Shown: positions 51,616-61,195 of the stretch, piece by piece
How the letters are laid out: every line of letters starts with the position of its first letter
Position numbering within the stretch: the first letter of the stretch is position 1
From: Candidatus Geohabitans tengchongensis
GTDB lineage: Bacteria > Sysuimicrobiota > Sysuimicrobiia > Sysuimicrobiales > Humicultoraceae
Direction of reading: 5' to 3'
Assembly (NCBI GenBank): GCA_031459625.1
Contig: JAVKIH010000007.1
Location: 6,173 to 70,172, forward strand
DNA: 64,000 bases
Program-made: the position numbers and the translations under genes
Notes under the pieces: model-generated
What the model was told of the DNA's origin: nothing
The model's database searches: none
Seen by the model: the letters and a program-made list of their open reading frames with translations, nothing else

Positions 51616-52913
51616 GCGTGACCGGGAGTCCGGCCGGCCCCGGCCTCGTGGCGGACCCGCTCCCCGAGCCACCCGAGCGCCTCCCTGCGGCGTCGGCGCA
51701 GGCGCGCCGTCTGTGGGTGTGGCTGGCGGTGGCCGCGGCCCTGCGCGTGGCCATCCTGCCGCACGGGGGCTTCCCGTCGGACATCGCCTCCTTCAAGGCG
51801 TGGGCGGCCACGCTGGCCGAGCACGGGCCCCGCGGCTTCTACGGCCGGGGGTTTGCCGACTACCTGCCCGGCTACCTGTACGTGCTGTGGGGCGTGGGTG
51901 AGCTGACGGCCGCCCTCCGCCTCAACGACGCCGCTGCGCTCGTCCTGCTGAAGCTCCCCGCCGCGCTCGCCGACCTCCTCGGTGCGGCGGTGGTGCTGCG
52001 GCTCGCCCGCCGCGTCCTGCCGGAGGCGGGCGCGGTGACCGTGGCCGTCCTCTACCTCCTCCACCCCGCGCTGCTCTTCACGACGGCCTACTGGGGACAG
52101 GCCGACAGCGTGGGCGGGCTCCTGGGGGCGGCCGCCCTGTGGCTGGCGCTCCAGGGCCATCTGCTGGCGTGGAGCGTGGCGGCGCTGGCCGTCCTGGCCA
52201 AGCCGCAGACCGCACCGCTGCTGGGCGTGATGGGGGTCCTGCTGCTGCGCCGGGCGCTGTGGCCGCCCGAGCGTCCTCCCGCATTCCGGCCGCAGCCCGG
52301 CCCCGTCGCCGCGGCCCTCCCCCTCTTCCTGGCCACGGCCGTGCTGGTCGCCGCCCCCTTCGGGGTCGGCCTGCTCGGCCTGCTCCACCTCCTGCGCAGT
52401 GCCGCCGAGGTCTACCCCTACGGGAGCGTCATGGCCTTCAACCTGTGGGGGGCCGTGCAGGGGTTCTGGCAGAGCGACCTCGCGCCGGTGGCGGGCTGGC
52501 CGCCGCTGCAATGGGGGATCGCGCTCACCGCGGTGGCGCAGGCCGTGGTGCTGTGGGCGGTGTGGCGCCGTCCCGACGAGCGCACCGTGGTGACCGGTGC
52601 CGCCACGGCGCTCACGGCCGCCTTCCTCCTCCCCACGCGGATCCACGAGCGCTATCTTCTGCCGGCCCTCCCCTTCCTGCTGGTGGCGGGGGCGGCCGAC
52701 CGGCGCGTCCGGCTCCCCGCCGGGCTCCTCAGCCTCGTCCTGACGCTGAACCTGCTCTACGCCTACACCCGTCCCTACCTGCAGACGGTGACGCTGCCGG
52801 GGTGGCTGGAGGCCACACTCTTCAGCCCGCCGGCCACCCGGGTCCTCAGCGCCCTGGCGGCAGCGACCCTGCCGCTCCTGCTGCGGGCGCTCGTCCTCCC
52901 GCCGCGCTCCTGA
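51612..52913 (+). CDS. GT-C mannosyltransferase-like protein (Gpi18/PIG-V-related)
   Basis: DIASF..W, DYLPGYLY, WGQADS, KPQ, HERY; GTG overlaps the previous stop. Confidence 0.78.
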   Translation: MSVTGSPAGPGLVADPLPEPPERLPAASAQARRLWVWLAVAAALRVAILPHGGFPSDIASFKAWAATLAEHGPRGFYGRGFADYLPGYLYVLWGVGELTAALRLNDAAALVLLKLPAALADLLGAAVVLRLARRVLPEAGAVTVAVLYLLHPALLFTTAYWGQADSVGGLLGAAALWLALQGHLLAWSVAALAVLAKPQTAPLLGVMGVLLLRRALWPPERPPAFRPQPGPVAAALPLFLATAVLVAAPFGVGLLGLLHLLRSAAEVYPYGSVMAFNLWGAVQGFWQSDLAPVAGWPPLQWGIALTAVAQAVVLWAVWRRPDERTVVTGAATALTAAFLLPTRIHERYLLPALPFLLVAGAADRRVRLPAGLLSLVLTLNLLYAYTRPYLQTVTLPGWLEATLFSPPATRVLSALAAATLPLLLRALVLPPRS

Positions 52914-53592
52914 GCTGCCAGTACAGGCGGAACAGGTCGTAGAAGGCCCGCAGGATCACCCGGAGCCGTCCGCCGGTCTGGCGCCCGGCCCGCCGCGGCC
53001 GGTGGGAGACCGGGACCTCGGCGAACCGCGCCCCGGCCCGTCGCGCCCGGGCCAGCAGTTCGGCCGTCATGAAGGCGCCGCGCGACTCCAGCGGCAGCGC
53101 GCGCACCAGGTCGCCGCGCAGCAGCTTGAACGCGCAGTTCACGTCCCGCACCCGCACGTCCAGCAGCGCCGCCATGAGCCGCCGCCACAGCGCGGCGAAC
53201 CAGCGGCGGTGGAGCGGGTCGGCGCGGTGGACGCGGTAGCCCAGGACAAAGTCCGCGCCCTCGCCGGCGGCGGCGAGCAGCCGCGGCAGCTCCGCCGGGA
53301 CGAACTGCCCGTCGGCGTCCATCAGGAGGATCCAGGTCCCGCGGGAGGCGGCGAAGCCCGTGCGCACCGCCGCACCGTACCCCTGGTTGCGAGCGTGGCG
53401 CAGCAGGTGCACCCGCGGGTCAGCGCGCCCCAGGGCCTGGGCCGCGGCCGTCGTCCCGTCGGTGGAGCCGTCGTCGACGATGAGCACCTCGTAGGACCGC
53501 CCGGTGGCCGCCAGCGCGGCGGTGAGCTCGCGCACCGTGCGCTCGAGGTTGGCCGCCTCGTTGAAGGCGGGGAGGACGGCGCTCAGATCCAC
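52846..53592 (-). CDS. GT2 polyprenol-phosphate glycosyltransferase (Ppm1/DPM1-like)
   Basis: PAFNE, VDDGSTDGT, NQGYGAA, MDADGQ, DVNCAFK. Confidence 0.9.
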   Translation of the reverse strand: MDLSAVLPAFNEAANLERTVRELTAALAATGRSYEVLIVDDGSTDGTTAAAQALGRADPRVHLLRHARNQGYGAAVRTGFAASRGTWILLMDADGQFVPAELPRLLAAAGEGADFVLGYRVHRADPLHRRWFAALWRRLMAALLDVRVRDVNCAFKLLRGDLVRALPLESRGAFMTAELLARARRAGARFAEVPVSHRPRRAGRQTGGRLRVILRAFYDLFRLYWQLRSAAGGRAPAAGAAGSLPPGR

Positions 53593-54791
53593 GTCCCGAA
53601 CCACATCAGCCGCTGGAAGCGCGCCTGGGCCAGGGGCAGTGCCGACAGCAGTGGGTAGTAGGCGACGAACCACAGGGCGGCCGCAGCCAGGTAGAGGCCC
53701 ACGACGGCCGGTCCGGCCCGCGCGCGCCCGCGGGCCAGGGTCAACGCCAGGGCCAGCACCATGAACGGCAGGGCGGGGAGCATGTGGTAGAGGAAGAGCG
53801 CCCGGCCGATGAAGACGTACGGGAGGTAGCTGGCCAGGAATCCGGCCAGGACGAAGGTGCCGGCCGGTGTGCGACGGCGTACCGTCTCCCACCCCAGGAG
53901 GAGGAAGGCGGGCAGCGCCGCCCACCACACCACCACGTTGCCGAGCGCGATGATGCCGCGCACCTGCCCGCCGCCCAGGTCCTGGTAGTCGTACCAGATC
54001 GGCCGCACCAGCAGGGGCCACGACCACCACGCCGACTGGTACGGGTGCGTGGCGGTGAGCCCGGCGTGGAAGCGGAACATCCAGACGTGGAAGCGCGCCC
54101 ACTCCCCGAGGTCGTGCCCGCGCAGGAAGTAGGGGGTCCAGGCCAGGAGGTAGACGAGGAGCGGCACAAGGCCGTAGGCCCCGGCCAGGTGGGCCCAGTG
54201 CCGCCGTGGCAGGCGCGCCCACCCCTGCCACAGCAGCAGCGCCAGGAAGAGCGGGATCACCCCGAGCGGGGCCGCCCCTGTCCACTTCGTGGCCACGCTC
54301 ATCCCCGCGGCCGCCCCCGAGAGGTACAGCCACCCGACCCGGCCCGACCGCAGGTAGCGCCAGAACGCCCAGTAGGCGGCGACGAGGAAGGTGACGAGGA
54401 AGATGTCCGGCTTGGCGATGCGGCTCTCCACGAAGGCCAGACCGTCCAGGGCCAGCAGCACCGCCGCCATGGCTGCGGTGGACGCGCTGCCGGTGACCTC
54501 GCGGGCCAGGAGGAAGACGAGGAGCACGAGCAGGGTCCCGCTCACCGCGGGGGCCAGCCGCCACCCCAGCGACCGGTCGCCGGCCACCGCCATGCCGGCG
54601 GCGATGAGGAGCTTGCTCATGGGCGGGTGGGTGATCTCTTCGGTGATCTCCTGCCCGGCCAGGTACTGGCGTGCCGCCTTGGCGTAGTAGATCTCGTCGA
54701 AGATCATGGCGGGCGGCTCGGCGAGGCGGAAGGCGCGGACGCCGCCGGCGAAGAGCAAGACGGCGGCGAGCAGGACCAGGGGACGCGACAC
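53583..54791 (-). CDS. protein O-mannosyltransferase-like (GT39/PMT family)
   Basis: FDEIYY, HPPMSK, GWR, SR, KW, HPYQSAWWSWP, GNVVVWW, YLPY..R..FLYH.LP. Confidence 0.85.
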   Translation of the reverse strand: MSRPLVLLAAVLLFAGGVRAFRLAEPPAMIFDEIYYAKAARQYLAGQEITEEITHPPMSKLLIAAGMAVAGDRSLGWRLAPAVSGTLLVLLVFLLAREVTGSASTAAMAAVLLALDGLAFVESRIAKPDIFLVTFLVAAYWAFWRYLRSGRVGWLYLSGAAAGMSVATKWTGAAPLGVIPLFLALLLWQGWARLPRRHWAHLAGAYGLVPLLVYLLAWTPYFLRGHDLGEWARFHVWMFRFHAGLTATHPYQSAWWSWPLLVRPIWYDYQDLGGGQVRGIIALGNVVVWWAALPAFLLLGWETVRRRTPAGTFVLAGFLASYLPYVFIGRALFLYHMLPALPFMVLALALTLARGRARAGPAVVGLYLAAAALWFVAYYPLLSALPLAQARFQRLMWFGTWI

Positions 54792-54827
54792 CGACTTGGG
54801 TACGGAGGTGAGCGGCTCGATTGTCCC

Positions 54828-55088
54828 TCAGGACGGCGGGCTGTCAGGCGGCAGCGCCTGCCCGTGGACGACCCGCCAGACCCCGGCCGCCCGCGCCACG
54901 TCGTGCTCGTCCACCACCGCAGAGACTTCGGCCACGAGGTATCCCTCGGCATCCCGCACCCGCAGGCGCCCGCGCACGACCACATCGGCGAACAGCAGGG
55001 CCTGGAGGTCGGGGAGGGGCACCTGCCGGCGTTCGGCCTCGTGGGCCAGAGCAGCCTCTAACCTGTCGACACGGGCATCCAGCGCCAT
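54828..55088 (-). pseudogene. internally deleted paralog of 58073-58651
   Basis: Shares ARVDRLEAAL, ADVV.RGR, YL.AEVS.V.D..DV.RAA and GVWRV blocks but lacks the intervening segments. Confidence 0.7.
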
Positions 55089-55170
55089 GGCGGATCTCCG
55101 GGCCCATCCTAGAAGTGGGGGCTGGGGGTGTCAAATGAGCTCGACGATGCGCTATGCGAACCGTCGAGGA

Positions 55171-57870
55171 TCAGGGCCCGACCTTGGTGGAGGAACCGTC
55201 GGCGAAGAGCGTCACCAGGATGGACTCGCCGGCGACCAGCCCGCACTTCATCGGCCGGCCCCCGCCGGCCTGACCGGTCGCCCGCATCTGAATCTCTGTG
55301 GCGGTGCCACCCGGCGGGACGATCTCGTACGCCCAGCACGAACCGGAGGTCGGGGGTGGCACGAAGCCGAGCTGGGCCGGGTCGGTGATGCCGACCCACG
55401 TGTCGTACTCCTGGTAGTGCATCCAGGCGAAGCGCTTCAGCTCGATGAGGACCTGGTGGGCCTCGGCGGCCAGGGCCCCCTCCCGGGCGCCCAGGTACCG
55501 CGGCAGGGCCAGTGAGAGCAGGACCCCCAGGATGGCCAGCACCACCACCAGCTCGACCAGGGTGAAGCCGGACGCTGCGGGATCGGGTCCGTCGCGGCCA
55601 GGGCCACTCCCCGCAGGCCCGCCCTGTCCCCTGCGCAGCCGCCCGCGCCACCTTGTGACGCCCCGGGCCGTCGCGGCCTTGGCTGCAGCGCGCGCCGTTA
55701 CCGCGTCGGCCGCGGCGCGGATCGCCTCCAGGTGGTGCGGCGTGATGCGCGGTCCGTAGAGCGCCTCCTCCACCACGGCCGTCATCCTCCTCACCTCCGG
55801 CCAGCCCAGCGCGCGCTCGGCCCGCCCGGCGAACTCCCGTGGCGTCTCCGCCTCGCCGCGCGCCAACCCGCGGCGGCGCAGCACGCGCAGGCAGCGCGCA
55901 TACTCCGCCAGGACGCCGTCCCGCGGGTCGGCCGGCCGTCGACGACGCCCCATCCGGGCCCCGACCAGGATGATGAGGATCAGGAGGAGTGCGGCCTGCG
56001 CTGCCGGGGCCCATAGAGGGGATGCCCACCCCGGCCGCCCCGCAGACCCGTCGGGGTGCCCCGGCCAGCGCGTGCGCAGGTAGCGGGCCAGCCCCTCGAA
56101 GCCCCACCGCGGCGCCGTCCGGGGCAGCGCCGCCGGCTCGGCGAACCCCGGTGTGGGCTCGAACTCCACCCAGCCGACCTCCGGGAAGAAGACCTCGACC
56201 CAGGCGTGCGCGTCGCTGCTGCGCACCTCCAGGAGCCCGGTCAGCGGGTGGAAGGTGCCGGGTGTGTACCCGGTGGCGAGCCGCGCCGGGACCCCCACCA
56301 GGCGCAGCAGAACAGCCATGGCGCTGGCGAACTGCTCGCAGTACCCCCGCCGCTCCTCGAAGAGGAAGTAGTCCACCGCGTCCCCCGGCCGGCGCTGCGG
56401 CGGGATGGTGAGGTCGTAGCGGTAGTGCGTCCAGAGGTACCGGTTGACCCGCAGGGCCCGCTCGTAGGGGGTGCGCGCGCCCGCCGTGATCGCCTCGGCC
56501 AGCCGCCGGACCCGCTGCGGCACTGTGTCGGGCACCTGCAGGTAGCGCGCCAGGAGCTCGTCCGGGTAGCGGTCGCCGGCGGCGGCCAGCCGGGCCGGCG
56601 TGGGGTCGACCACGCGCGAGACGACGGTGTAGATCATCCCCGGCTCGAGCACGAAGGGGAGCCGCACCGCCGAGTAGCGGTCGACGAAGACGTGCCGCCC
56701 CGGGAAGTAGACCTCCTCCACGCGGGGGGCGGCGAAGGCGACATTGGGCTGTTCGCGCTCGACGTAGAAGGTCTGGATCAGGCGCCGTGCCCCCCGCGAC
56801 GAGGCGTAGCTGTCGTCGCGGCCGCGGAGGACCTCGATGGGAGGGACGACGGCGGTGTGGCGGCGTACCCGGTCGTCGCCGATGCGCCAACCCGTCCCGG
56901 TGTAGACATCGAAGACCAGCGCCCGCCACAGCCGCGGCTCCCCGGCGCGCACGCGCATGACCAGGGCGTCGTTGAGCCGACCGCGCAGCCGCAGCTCCAC
57001 GGTGGGACTGAAGCCAAAGTACCCGTGCGGGTTGAAGACGGTGGTGCCGCCCGCCGTGCCCGCGGGGTAGGCCGGGTTGACCACCTCGCCGTCCAGCGTC
57101 GGTCCCAGCGGGACGCGCGGCGTGAAGGGGAACGAGGTGATGAAGAGGCCGTCCAGGCGCGGGGTGGCCAGGAAGACCACGACGGCGAGGGCCGCCAGCG
57201 GCACCGCGGCGCGCACGGCCGAGCTGCCGGTCTCGCGCAGCCCCGCCAGGACCCGCAGGCCGCTCCCCACGCGGCCCCCCTCCGTCGCCCTTTCCGCAGC
57301 CGGCGCGGGCCTCCCGCCTCCTGCCGCCTCGCGCGCCGCCTCGGCGGCATTCAGCATCAGCGCCGCGACGGCGGCCACCAGGTAGGGGGTCAGGTAGAGG
57401 GCAAAGCGCAGGTCCAAGCTGAAGGCCGCCGCCACGGCCATCAGCACCAGCGAGGTGAGGAGGCTGAAGAGCAAATCGCGCCGGCGCGGCAGGTCGAAGC
57501 TGTGCAGCACCTGCAGCCACAGCAAAAAGACGGTGAGGGGGATGCTGGTGTGGTACGGCGCCGCCGCCAGCGCCCGCAGGAAGGCCCACCCGGCGAGGAG
57601 GCACCCCAGGGCCAGCGCCGCCTTCAGCCAGGTGTTGCGCCGCCGGCGGCGGTACCAGGAGACGACGAACCCGCAGGTGGCCAGGGCCAGCATCTCCCAG
57701 CGCAGAGTCCCGAAGTCCTGGTGCGCGGTGATGGCCAGGATGCTGAGGAGGACGCAGAGGTAGACCCACACGCGCAGCGCCCCTGAGCCCGTGCTGGGAA
57801 GATGCGCGTGGTCTGCCGGACCGGCCGGTGCGGTCGGGCTGCCGTTCCGTGCCAGAGAACGCCGCGGCAT
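55171..57870 (-). CDS. TgpA-like membrane transglutaminase (DUF3488-TGc-DUF4129) fused to a C-terminal type IV pilin
   Basis: N-terminal TMs; GYCEQFAS, HAWVEV, FEPT; ETPREF..LYG; then in frame SG|FTLVELVVVLAILGVLLSLALPRY with two Cys. Confidence 0.85.
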   Translation of the reverse strand: MPRRSLARNGSPTAPAGPADHAHLPSTGSGALRVWVYLCVLLSILAITAHQDFGTLRWEMLALATCGFVVSWYRRRRRNTWLKAALALGCLLAGWAFLRALAAAPYHTSIPLTVFLLWLQVLHSFDLPRRRDLLFSLLTSLVLMAVAAAFSLDLRFALYLTPYLVAAVAALMLNAAEAAREAAGGGRPAPAAERATEGGRVGSGLRVLAGLRETGSSAVRAAVPLAALAVVVFLATPRLDGLFITSFPFTPRVPLGPTLDGEVVNPAYPAGTAGGTTVFNPHGYFGFSPTVELRLRGRLNDALVMRVRAGEPRLWRALVFDVYTGTGWRIGDDRVRRHTAVVPPIEVLRGRDDSYASSRGARRLIQTFYVEREQPNVAFAAPRVEEVYFPGRHVFVDRYSAVRLPFVLEPGMIYTVVSRVVDPTPARLAAAGDRYPDELLARYLQVPDTVPQRVRRLAEAITAGARTPYERALRVNRYLWTHYRYDLTIPPQRRPGDAVDYFLFEERRGYCEQFASAMAVLLRLVGVPARLATGYTPGTFHPLTGLLEVRSSDAHAWVEVFFPEVGWVEFEPTPGFAEPAALPRTAPRWGFEGLARYLRTRWPGHPDGSAGRPGWASPLWAPAAQAALLLILIILVGARMGRRRRPADPRDGVLAEYARCLRVLRRRGLARGEAETPREFAGRAERALGWPEVRRMTAVVEEALYGPRITPHHLEAIRAAADAVTARAAAKAATARGVTRWRGRLRRGQGGPAGSGPGRDGPDPAASGFTLVELVVVLAILGVLLSLALPRYLGAREGALAAEAHQVLIELKRFAWMHYQEYDTWVGITDPAQLGFVPPPTSGSCWAYEIVPPGGTATEIQMRATGQAGGGRPMKCGLVAGESILVTLFADGSSTKVGP

Positions 57871-58072
57871 GGGCTCCACGATGCTCTGGGACTTCCTCTG
57901 AGGCCCGCGTTCAGGGGCGGCCGGACCCCTTGCCGGCCCTGGCAAGGGCGTCCGTCGGGACCGGCCGGTCACAGGCCCCCCGAAGTCCATGCCCAACTCG
58001 CCGATGGTTTTCTCGAAGTCGCCTTGTCCCGGGTAGGTCTGTGCTACGCTACGCGTGAAGGGAATCTGGACC

Positions 58073-58651
58073 ATGCTCGAGGCCCGTGTGGACAGGCTGG
58101 AAGCTGCCCTGCAGCGCCTTGCGGAGGCTCAGGCCCAGCTGACCGCCACCGTCGCCGAGCTCGCCCGGCGCCTGGACCAGCTGACCGCCAGGGTGGATCG
58201 GATCGACCAGCGGGTGTCCTGGCTCGTGGGCGACGCGCTGGAACGCCGGTACCGGGAGCGGGCCCACGCATACTTCATGGGGTTCCTAACCCGCCTCGAG
58301 GTAGTGACGGGAGACGAGCTGGCCCGCCTCGCCCACGACGCCCAGCGGCGCGGAATCCTCTCCGGGCCCGAGCACCAGGACCTCCTCCTCGCGGATGTGG
58401 TGGCGCGAGGGCGCCGCCGCGACCAGGAGACGGACGCCTACCTGCTGGCGGAGGTCTCGGTGGTGATTGACAAGGGAGATGTGGAGCGTGCGGCTCGGCG
58501 GGCGGCCCTCTGCAAGCGCGTCGTCGGAGCGCCCGTGCTCGCCGTCGTGGCCGGAGAACAGATCCTCCCGGACGCCGAGCGCGAGGCTACGCTGGCCGGC
58601 GTGTGGCGCGTGCTCGACGGACGTGCCGTGAGCCCGGGTGGCAGCGCCTAG
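58073..58651 (+). CDS. coiled-coil + PD-(D/E)XK-like hypothetical protein
   Basis: N-terminal heptad repeats; ADVVARG...LAEVS..ID..DVERA..RA; alternative start GTG 58055. Confidence 0.7.
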   Translation: MLEARVDRLEAALQRLAEAQAQLTATVAELARRLDQLTARVDRIDQRVSWLVGDALERRYRERAHAYFMGFLTRLEVVTGDELARLAHDAQRRGILSGPEHQDLLLADVVARGRRRDQETDAYLLAEVSVVIDKGDVERAARRAALCKRVVGAPVLAVVAGEQILPDAEREATLAGVWRVLDGRAVSPGGSA

Positions 58652-59649
58652 CCAGACCGGGCATCCGGAGCCACGACCACCACTTCCTCCACGCCCGTCC
58701 CGCCGGGCTCTGTCGCCACGAGGACCAGCGTGCAGTCTCGTGCGATCGCCCGGCCCGCACTCACTGCCACGGAACGGTCCGGCCCCCCTCCCTGCCAGCG
58801 CGCCAGGGCGTCCCACTGCCCTTCCCACCGGTCGAGCGCGACCGGCCGTCCCGTGGGACCCGGCAGGATGAGGCGGGCCGGATGGCCGCGCGCCATCGCC
58901 GTCCGCAGCAGCGAGGCCGCCGCCCTGGCCGCGGCGTCGAGCGTCTCGCGGGGCGCTGTGGCCGGCGCGTGCAACAGGACAGCCAGCGTGCGCGGCGGAG
59001 GAGCTTCCAGCTCCTTCACCATGAGCCGCGCCCGTCGGGCCGTGGCCCGCCAGTGGATCAACCGCGCGGGGTCGCCCGGCCGGTGTTCCCGCACCGTCCC
59101 CGGCTCACCCTCCTGGGCCCAGCGCGGTGCGCCTCCCGTACTACCTAACCCTGTCCCTGCCGGCAAGGCCGGGAGGAGGTGAGCCCGTGGCCGCACGACG
59201 ACCTCGACGTCCACCGGGCAGGCGGTGCGGGCGCGCGCCAGCCCGAGCAGGCCGGGCGAGGCGATGCGGAGGACACGCAGCCGGTGCGCGCCCCGCGGTA
59301 GGCCCGAGAAGGAGAGTGACGCCTGTCCATGCCATCCCCGAGGCGTCGAGGGCAGCGCCACCCGCCCCACGCACCCGGCGATGTCCCCCTCGACCAGGAG
59401 CGCCCACCCGCGCCCTCGCCTCCTGATCTCGAGCGGGACGGCCACCGGTTCCCCCTCGACCACAGGCGGCACAGCGCGCACCTCGACCACCAGGCCGCGC
59501 ACGCCGCTCCGCGCACTCCACCACCCCACGACGAGCGCGGCGAGCAGGACCCCCATCAGGAGGAAGAGCCACCCGGCCTGCAGGTTCGTGGCCAGGAAGA
59601 AGAAGAACCCGGCCAGGGCGAGGGTGACGGCCCCCTCACGCGTCGGCAC
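58648..59649 (-). CDS. DUF58 family protein
   Basis: Two N-terminal TMs; VREHRPGDP.R.IHWRATAR..LMVKE; downstream of moxR. Confidence 0.88.
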   Translation of the reverse strand: MPTREGAVTLALAGFFFFLATNLQAGWLFLLMGVLLAALVVGWWSARSGVRGLVVEVRAVPPVVEGEPVAVPLEIRRRGRGWALLVEGDIAGCVGRVALPSTPRGWHGQASLSFSGLPRGAHRLRVLRIASPGLLGLARARTACPVDVEVVVRPRAHLLPALPAGTGLGSTGGAPRWAQEGEPGTVREHRPGDPARLIHWRATARRARLMVKELEAPPPRTLAVLLHAPATAPRETLDAAARAAASLLRTAMARGHPARLILPGPTGRPVALDRWEGQWDALARWQGGGPDRSVAVSAGRAIARDCTLVLVATEPGGTGVEEVVVVAPDARSG

Positions 59650-60622
59650 GGCGCCGCGCCACGCGCGATTCCTCCGCCGCGGCGGTGTGCAGGGGGACGG
59701 GCACGTCTCTGAGGAGACGCTCCACCACACCCGCCCCGGCCGCCTGTCCCTCGCCGGGGCCCTCCTCCCGCAGGACGAGCCGGTGCACCAGGACCGGGAC
59801 AGCCAGGGCCTTCACGTCGTCGGGGAGGACGAAGCTGCGCCCCTGCAGTGCCGCCCGCGCCTGGGCCGCACGCAGCAGGGCGATCCCCGCCCGCGGGCTG
59901 CACCCCAGCACCACTTCCGGTGCAGCACGCGTCCGCCGGACCAGCTCCAGCGCGTAGCGCCGCACCGCCTCGCTGACGTGCACCGTGCGCACCTCGCGCT
60001 GCAGCGCCACCACCTGCTCGACGGTCACCACTGGCTCCAGGGTCTCGATGGGGTGGGCGGCGACGTGCGAGGCTAGCATGCGGAGTTCGTCGTCGCCGCT
60101 CGGGTACCCCAGCGAGGTGGCCACCATGAAGCGATCGAGCTGCCCTTCGGGCAGGGGGAAGGTGCCGTGGTGCTCGACGGGGTTGAGGGTGGCCAGGAGG
60201 AAGAAGGGGCGAGGCAGCGGGTGGCTGCGCCCCTCCACGGTCACCTGACCCTCGTCGAGGGCCTCCAGGAAGGCGGCCTGGGCGCGCGGGGTGGCACGGT
60301 TGAGCTCGTCGGCCACCACCACGTGGGCGAAGAGGGGCCCGGGGACGAAGCGCAGCTCCCCGGTGCGCGGGTCCAGGATGGCGCTGCCGGTGATGTCGGC
60401 GGGCAGGAGGTCGGGGGTGCACTGCACCCGCGAGACCTCGCCGCCGATAGAGCGGGCCAGCGCCCGCGCCAGCATCGTCTTCCCCACGCCGGGGACGTCC
60501 TGCAGCAACGCGTGCCCGCCGGCGAGCAGCGCGATAACCACATGCTCAACGGTCTGGCGCGTACCGAAGATGACGCGCTCGATGTTGGCGACGAGGTTGC
60601 TGATGGCCATCTCTTCCGGCAT
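59636..60622 (-). CDS. moxR: MoxR family AAA+ ATPase
   Basis: DVPGVGKT, QCTPDLLPAD, DELNRA, ATLNP, LPEGQLDRF, SPRA. Confidence 0.95.
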   Translation of the reverse strand: MPEEMAISNLVANIERVIFGTRQTVEHVVIALLAGGHALLQDVPGVGKTMLARALARSIGGEVSRVQCTPDLLPADITGSAILDPRTGELRFVPGPLFAHVVVADELNRATPRAQAAFLEALDEGQVTVEGRSHPLPRPFFLLATLNPVEHHGTFPLPEGQLDRFMVATSLGYPSGDDELRMLASHVAAHPIETLEPVVTVEQVVALQREVRTVHVSEAVRRYALELVRRTRAAPEVVLGCSPRAGIALLRAAQARAALQGRSFVLPDDVKALAVPVLVHRLVLREEGPGEGQAAGAGVVERLLRDVPVPLHTAAAEESRVARRRADA

Positions 60623-60698
60623 GATTAGGTCTCTGGCGGGCACGAAGGGACCTGCCGGTGGTCTGCCGACAGAGGTCATGCGAAGCCTCCAGGTCTGT

Positions 60699-61172
60699 TC
60701 AACGCCCCTCCGCCGTCCGGGCCAGGCCGTCCCTCCGTCCGGCGGTTCGCTGCCAGGTCCACACATTGTGGACAAGGTAGTTGAAGCCGCCCCCCACGCC
60801 GATGGCCAGCATGTTGGCCCCCAGGAGGGGCAGGGGGATCCGGGTCAGGACGGTGAGGGTGCCCAGGTAGATCAGGTTGCCCAGGCCCGTCGTGGCATAG
60901 TACCGCAGCAACCGTTTTCCCTTGGCCCTCCATCCCCGAGAGCGGCGGTCCGACCACGTGAAGGCGTCGTTCAGGAGGAAGTTGGTGAAAGTGGACACCA
61001 CGGCGGCGAGGGCACCTCCGACCGGTGTGGCCAAGGTCCCAACCCCTGTCGCCAGCCAGAGCACCAGCGAGTTCACCCCGATGCCCGTCAACCCGACAAG
61101 GAGAAACCGCACGGGACGCACCCGCAGCGTGGGGACGAGCAGCCGTCGGATCGCCGGGAGTGGAGACGCCAT
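60699..61172 (-). CDS. GtrA family flippase-like protein
   Basis: RFLLVG..G..VN, NFLLN..FTW, FNY...WTW; 4 TMs. Confidence 0.88.
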   Translation of the reverse strand: MASPLPAIRRLLVPTLRVRPVRFLLVGLTGIGVNSLVLWLATGVGTLATPVGGALAAVVSTFTNFLLNDAFTWSDRRSRGWRAKGKRLLRYYATTGLGNLIYLGTLTVLTRIPLPLLGANMLAIGVGGGFNYLVHNVWTWQRTAGRRDGLARTAEGR

Positions 61173-61180
61173 CGTGGCCC

Positions 61181-61189
61181 AGGATACCA
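61181..61189 (-). promoter_or_regulatory. extended -10 element, probable leaderless promoter of gtrA
   Basis: TGGTATCCT 8 nt upstream of in-frame ATG 61172. Confidence 0.55.
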
Positions 61190-61195
61190 CCGGGT

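Noticed and set aside
52846-52913. 68-bp convergent overlap of two glycosyltransferase genes
   Set aside because: Common in GC-rich genomes where stop codons are scarce.
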